NCBI GenBank assembly: GCA_043754515.1
Contig: JAYUUO010000175.1
Coordinates: 1 to 11,077, forward strand
Direction of reading: 5' to 3'
DNA: 11,077 nt
DNA from: Armatimonadota bacterium
GTDB taxonomy: Bacteria; Armatimonadota; Armatimonadia; Armatimonadales; Armatimonadaceae
Under the pieces are notes generated by a model. The model was not told where the DNA came from. It saw only the letters and a program-made list of their open reading frames with translations, and searched no databases. A program made the translations under genes and the position numbers. Shown here piece after piece: positions 6,632 to 11,077 of this stretch. Positions within the stretch are counted from its first letter, which is position 1, and the number at the start of each line of letters is the position of its first letter.

Positions 6632-7597
6632 TTAGTGCCCCGCCTCGCGCATCAGAAAGTCAACGAGTCGCTCGTGCGGATCGAACCCGATCACATTACG
6701 GGCGTCGGCGACGAAGTTGGACAGGGCGTTCACGTCGTAGTAAAGCACGGAGCCATCCCGCTCATCGGTCATGTATTCTACCCCGCCGACGTCCATGCCC
6801 GTGGCCGCCGCGATCCGCTCCACGGCGGCGATCACGGCGGGCGGGGGCGTGTACGCTTCCACGGTCAAGCCGGACTTGGGCGCGTCTACCGGGCACGCGG
6901 AGCGCGCCAGTTCGACCCCGCCGGTGGTCCGGCAGATGTCGGCGGGGCACAGGTTAAAACTGTCACCGTTCGTGTAAACATGGATCGCGTACAGGAATTT
7001 ACCGCCCAGCGTTTCGACACGCGTGATGCGGCCGCTCCCCGGAGTGACATACTCCTGCACCAGCGCGGTGTGGTCTACGCCGAGCGCGATACGACCGGAC
7101 ATTGCCGCGTCGCGCAGGTCGGTGGGCGTGTCGTAGCGCGTGATCCCCGCGCCGCTCCCGCCGATGTTCGCCTTCACGACCACCGGGAACCGCAATCCCT
7201 CGGCGGCAAGCGGTGCCCGCGTCGGGTCGTGGATCACCCGCGCCCTCGGGAAGTCGAGTCCGAGCGAGCGGAGCAGTGTCAGTTGCCGCGCCTTGTTGAT
7301 CTCGTAGCCGTAGACTTTAGAGGCGTTGATGACGCGTACACCGAGCCGCTCCAGATGCTCGACGTAGCCGCCGGTATAGAATATGGCGGATTCGCCGCCG
7401 CGCAGGTACGCCGACGGACTCATGCGGTTGAAAACGAGCGAGTAGGCAGGTCGTGTCTCGGAGACGTCGTAGAAGTGGTCGCCGATGGCAATTCTCTCGT
7501 AGGAAACGCCGCGTCGATCCAGTTCCGCGAACAGGGGGCGGTACCAGTCGGGATGCTCGAAGTAGATGCCAATCGGCAGGGGGTTGTGTTGTTCCAT
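6632..7597 (-). CDS. RimK/glutathione synthetase-like ATP-grasp ligase
   Basis: LVFNRMS, GVRVIN, NKARQ..LL...GL.FP, FPVVVKANIGGSGAGI, LVQEYV, GMDVGGVEY, YYDVNALSNF. Start placed at ATG 7597 (321 aa), because the ORF-track GTG at 7630 lies upstream of a TATAAT box. Confidence 0.88.
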   Translation of the reverse strand: MEQHNPLPIGIYFEHPDWYRPLFAELDRRGVSYERIAIGDHFYDVSETRPAYSLVFNRMSPSAYLRGGESAIFYTGGYVEHLERLGVRVINASKVYGYEINKARQLTLLRSLGLDFPRARVIHDPTRAPLAAEGLRFPVVVKANIGGSGAGITRYDTPTDLRDAAMSGRIALGVDHTALVQEYVTPGSGRITRVETLGGKFLYAIHVYTNGDSFNLCPADICRTTGGVELARSACPVDAPKSGLTVEAYTPPPAVIAAVERIAAATGMDVGGVEYMTDERDGSVLYYDVNALSNFVADARNVIGFDPHERLVDFLMREAGH

Positions 7598-7618
7598 AAT
7601 AGTGCGATGCCGGTACCG

Positions 7619-7624
7619 ATTATA
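7619..7624 (-). promoter_or_regulatory. Putative -10 element (TATAAT) for the ATP-grasp/LLM/GT2/HPRT-like unit
   Basis: Perfect TATAAT 21 nt upstream of ATG 7597. A second candidate, TGtCATAAT, lies at 7653-7661. No consensus -35. Confidence 0.55.
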
Positions 7625-7674
7625 CCGCACGCGAAACTACCGACATCACGCGATTATGACATGGACTGACCGCT

Positions 7675-9513
7675 TCACGGTCTCCCCATATTCTCCGGCT
7701 CCCCGTACGTCCGCATCGTCTCCAGGCGTAGATCCAGTTCGGGGTTGTTCCGACCCTTATAAAGGGCGACGGCGTCTCTGGTATACCAGGTCACCCTGCC
7801 GACAGTTTCCATCTCCTGACCTGTGCCAACTTCAAAGAGGTAGACATAACCCATCACGAACCCCGCCGCCGAATGTCCTTTCCACATATCGGGATGGTTC
7901 TCCGGGGATAGGACATCCAGTCGAATACGAAAGCGTGCCTCCGGACTAGCCGTTCTGGGGGCGTGTGCCTCGACGTAATCGCGCATTTCTTTTGGTAGAT
8001 CGCGTACCCGCAGTCCGCGCGGCGAAAGGAGATCATTGCGCAATGCGTCCCGAGAGGCGAGCAACGTCAGCATAGGTCGGCAACGTGTTACCTCTTCACA
8101 TAACGCCTCTGTGCTGAAGAACATATCCGGGGGCAACAAATCCTCATCCTTGCCTATCGCTTCCAACTGTGCGGGGGTCGCGTCATGCGCGAGGCGCGCG
8201 ACATCCTCCAATGTGAAACTATAGTCGCCGCTCGCGACCATAGCGTCACGAAATCGCTTCATCACCTGCCATGGGAAACGAGTGTTTGCGTGCTCGACTG
8301 ATTCGTTAATCCAGTTTGAGCGGGTGACGAGCAACGCCCCCCCGCGCCATTTGACGCACTGATCCTTGTCGCGCAGATTCTTTATGAAGTCCGCGACAGA
8401 CTCTTTATAGATGGGCAGAAAGATGAAGTGGGCGGCGTCCCGCGCGAAGATCGGGATGCCGGTCAACCGGTTAAACTCGTTCAGTTGGCGGAAGACGGGA
8501 TGATCGAACGTCGGGCGGTAACCCAACTTTGGCACCCCTGGTTGCTTGGGGATTATCACGCTCTCGCGAGTCGTGTCCGTGGTGCTGTCACCCTCCATCA
8601 TCCAGCGTTTCTGCAACTCCCCTCGCCAGTAGGAGTCCATAGTCGTGCTACCGACAACGGGCCAACCGGCATCACCGACTACAAACCAGATGTTGGGGGT
8701 TGTCCATCCTTCCACGTGATCGCCCCACACTGTCAATGTTTCGGGGTAGGGTTTATCGAACTCACGCCCGATAGTCGCGCATAGCTTCTTGATGTGCGCT
8801 ATGGAAGCATCTGTGTAGGTTTCCATCTCCTTCGTCCATTTATCATGGGGAATCACAATTCTATCCGTATTCTCCCGACGGGCAATCTTCAGCCGCTCCG
8901 ATTTGTTAAAAAGAGACGCAAACGCCCTGATATGCGACGCCACCAGGGGGGAGTCAGACAAGTTGACCTCGGGGTATCTGATTTTTAGTTCCTTCGCACG
9001 GGCGGGTGTCGCTGAAATCGCCTCAATCGAGGCTTCCATAGACTCCTCGAAGTGCTTCTGGATCTCCGTGTGGATTGTCGCCGCGAGCTCCCGTGCGTTG
9101 GCGGGGCAGTTCAGTTGGTAGGCGTGAGGAACCTTCTTCCCGTCACCCGTCACCTCCCACTGCCATGCCGCTTGCTGGTAGCTGACCAGAGACCAGACGC
9201 TGGAGAGCAAGTCAACGAGGGGGATGGCGCGGGCGTAGACGGTGATGACTTCGCTGTCGCCCCCGTCATAGCGATTCGTGGTCAGTGTCACACCCGTCTG
9301 GCGCGCGGCTTCTTCGAGCAATTCGCCGACGCGAATACTCCGGCGCACAATGGTTACCGGCTTACTCATGCGGGCGTCACGCTCCAACCAGACCGCACGA
9401 ATAACGGCGACATCCGCTCGGGTAGTTCCGGCGAGGCTCAGGAGCAGGAGCATGGCGCAAAGGAGACGAAACAGCGCGGGATGGAAAGGGCGCGACACGG
9501 GTAGGGTATACAT
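7675..9513 (-). CDS. Secreted/periplasmic hypothetical protein with possible STN/secretin-N0-like modules
   Basis: 612-aa ORF with a Sec signal peptide (RLLCAMLLLLSLAGTTRA|D). The segment DARMSKPVTI...VGELLEEAARQTGVTL...ITVYARAIPLVDLLSSV resembles STN-type domains (pattern recognition only). GC is lower than in the flanking genes. Confidence 0.75.
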   Translation of the reverse strand: MYTLPVSRPFHPALFRLLCAMLLLLSLAGTTRADVAVIRAVWLERDARMSKPVTIVRRSIRVGELLEEAARQTGVTLTTNRYDGGDSEVITVYARAIPLVDLLSSVWSLVSYQQAAWQWEVTGDGKKVPHAYQLNCPANARELAATIHTEIQKHFEESMEASIEAISATPARAKELKIRYPEVNLSDSPLVASHIRAFASLFNKSERLKIARRENTDRIVIPHDKWTKEMETYTDASIAHIKKLCATIGREFDKPYPETLTVWGDHVEGWTTPNIWFVVGDAGWPVVGSTTMDSYWRGELQKRWMMEGDSTTDTTRESVIIPKQPGVPKLGYRPTFDHPVFRQLNEFNRLTGIPIFARDAAHFIFLPIYKESVADFIKNLRDKDQCVKWRGGALLVTRSNWINESVEHANTRFPWQVMKRFRDAMVASGDYSFTLEDVARLAHDATPAQLEAIGKDEDLLPPDMFFSTEALCEEVTRCRPMLTLLASRDALRNDLLSPRGLRVRDLPKEMRDYVEAHAPRTASPEARFRIRLDVLSPENHPDMWKGHSAAGFVMGYVYLFEVGTGQEMETVGRVTWYTRDAVALYKGRNNPELDLRLETMRTYGEPENMGRP

Positions 9514-9525
9514 AGCTTTGTGATC

Positions 9526-9945
9526 TCAATCCGTTGAGCGAATGGGGAAGCCGGAAGCGACTCGCAACTTCCCCACCGGGCGGGTCTTAGAAGCCGACCA
9601 GAAACGTTTTTTGTCTTCGGAGCCTACCAGCCCGTAATTGACATATGCGGCAGTTCTAGCCTGATTTGCATACGGAGTGACCTTCGGTATGGGCTGGATA
9701 TTCTTTGTACCGCTCAAGCTGGTCGTGCTAGTGAGGGACGTTGATACCAGCTTGCCTGTAGGATCCGTGGACACACCCAGATTTGCAAAGTAGCCGTTCT
9801 CGACGGTGCTTATGAATGACGCCGCAGTAATGGGGCTTCCAAGAGGTCCTGCTTCATTCAATGACCAGTGCGACAACGAGTACGTCACGTTGACCGAGAA
9901 TACCTGATTGGGAGCACCACTACCGGATAACTGCCCTTTCCTACA
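9526..9945 (-). pseudogene. Probable 5'-truncated gene remnant or short hypothetical protein (Ser/Thr/Gly-rich)
   Basis: The ORF track starts it at GTG 9888, but the frame stays open and protein-like for 19 more codons (CRKGQLSGSGAPNQVFSVN) up to a TGA at 9946-9948, with no start codon in that stretch. It ends 12 nt before the 612-aa gene. Confidence 0.45.
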
Positions 9946-9949
9946 TCAG

Positions 9950-9980
9950 GGCACGACCTGTAGATTGGCGCGACCTGTAG
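9950..9980. repeat. Direct repeat GGC(A/G)CGACCTGTAG x2 (17-nt period)
   Basis: 9950-9963 GGCACGACCTGTAG and 9967-9980 GGCGCGACCTGTAG (13/14 identical). Overlaps the inverted repeat TGCCCT 9932-9937 / AGGGCA 9948-9953. Confidence 0.7.
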
Positions 9981-10086
9981 TATGTTCGGCATCCGAAGTC
10001 CGAATTCTGCTTCGAAATCGCGATTCCTCACGAAAAACAGTATATTTGCGGGTTTTAGTAAACGTATGACTCTTTATCGGCTGTTT

Positions 10087-11046
10087 CTAGTGACGCAGGT
10101 ACCTGTCGGTGATCGCGCTACCGACTTCGGAGCAACGCACCTGGATATTCTCTAGAAACTCGTGCAGGCCCTTCGCGCGCATGTCGCCGACGTTGCAGAA
10201 CGAGAGTTCCGCGTGCAGCCGACCCGCGAGCCGTTCGGCGTCATTGGCGTAGCGACGCCCGCCCGTCCCGGACACCGCGCGGAGGCAGTGCTCGACCTGC
10301 GCGGCGGCGTGGTGGATGGACGACGGGTACTCCCAGTCCAGCACCAGGAACGACAGCACGTTGTCGGGAGTGATCCCGCCCCGGTAGGTTTTGCGGAATG
10401 CCTCGAACGCTGACGCGGACTTGAGGCACGCGATCCAGCCGTGCGCGTCGAACTGCTCGTCCTCAATCAGGCGGTAGTCGCCGCCGGTCAGTTCGCGCAC
10501 CAGTACGTCGGTCAGGCGCGCCATCTGGTCGGCGCGCTCCAGGAAGATGCCGCACTTGAGGAAATGAACCGCATCCCCTATCAGCATCGTACGCTCTGCC
10601 AAACCGTAAAACAGGTGGCACCGGTTGCGCACCGACACCAGAAACTCATGCGGCGCGGTCGTTAATACCTTGTCCACGTCCCAGTTGAGCATGTCGAGAA
10701 ACGCCCGGTTGACCGTCTCCCACATCTCCGACGAGATCACCTCGCGCACACCCTGCGCGTTGGCGCGGGCGGCGCGGATGCAGGACACGATGCTGTTCGG
10801 CTGGTCCATATCGAAAACCATGAACTGGAGGAGATCGCGCTCTGACGGGTCGCCGTACCGCGCCTTGAAGATCATGTCGTCGCCACTGATCTCCAGAATC
10901 GAAGTCCACAAGGAGGACGGCTCATGTCCGGGGAACGCCGACTCAAGGGCGGCGTGATACTGCACATCCACCAGCCGGGACGTGGCCTCGGCTCGCTCTA
11001 AATAGCGACCGAGCCAGAATAAGGAATCGGCTTCACGGGATAACAT
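10087..11046 (-). CDS. Alpha-E domain-containing protein (DUF403)
   Basis: MLSREADSLFWLGRYLERAE, NSIVSCIRAARANAQGVREVISSEMWETVN, G.FLERADQMARL, W.ACLKSASAFEAFRK.Y, YPSSI. These include the two ER motifs typical of tandem alpha-E repeats. Confidence 0.95.
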   Translation of the reverse strand: MLSREADSLFWLGRYLERAEATSRLVDVQYHAALESAFPGHEPSSLWTSILEISGDDMIFKARYGDPSERDLLQFMVFDMDQPNSIVSCIRAARANAQGVREVISSEMWETVNRAFLDMLNWDVDKVLTTAPHEFLVSVRNRCHLFYGLAERTMLIGDAVHFLKCGIFLERADQMARLTDVLVRELTGGDYRLIEDEQFDAHGWIACLKSASAFEAFRKTYRGGITPDNVLSFLVLDWEYPSSIHHAAAQVEHCLRAVSGTGGRRYANDAERLAGRLHAELSFCNVGDMRAKGLHEFLENIQVRCSEVGSAITDRYLRH

Positions 11047-11077
11047 AAAAAAAGGGGCACGGAACGTGGGCGGGCAC

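Noticed and set aside
5554..7669. Plus-strand ORFs 5554-6123 and 6626-7669 (347 aa)
   Set aside because: Antisense shadows of the LLM and ATP-grasp genes.
9950..9980. Direct repeat as a CRISPR array
   Set aside because: Only two 14-nt copies separated by 3 nt, with no spacers and no cas genes.
11069..11077. GGCGGGCAC shared with the hairpin arm at 1848-1856 as a REP-like family
   Set aside because: A 9-nt GC-rich match is expected by chance in this composition, and the second copy is cut by the window edge.

Overview
GC-rich bacterial chromosomal window in which every credible gene is on the minus strand. In transcription order (right to left): an alpha-E (DUF403) gene; a lower-GC segment of about 2.4 kb holding a probably 5'-truncated ORF and a 612-aa secreted hypothetical protein; a tightly packed four-gene unit (RimK-like ATP-grasp ligase, SsuD/SfnG-like luciferase-like monooxygenase, GT2 glycosyltransferase, HPRT-family protein); a ~300-nt structured leader followed by rho; a DUF151 bifunctional nuclease; a small 2-TM protein; and a membrane-anchored WD40 protein that runs off the left edge and is missing from the ORF track. 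The most notable observations: (1) the HPRT homolog keeps the fold but has replaced the catalytic Asp and 5'-phosphate loop (EDVMNEQLSL instead of EDIVDTGLTL); (2) Rho has no recognisable N-terminal helix bundle and instead carries a ~195-aa disordered region with an N/Q-rich patch; (3) the rho leader is C-biased and rich in hairpins. No rRNA, tRNA, CRISPR array or transposase was seen. All family assignments come from motifs recognised by eye, not from database searches.
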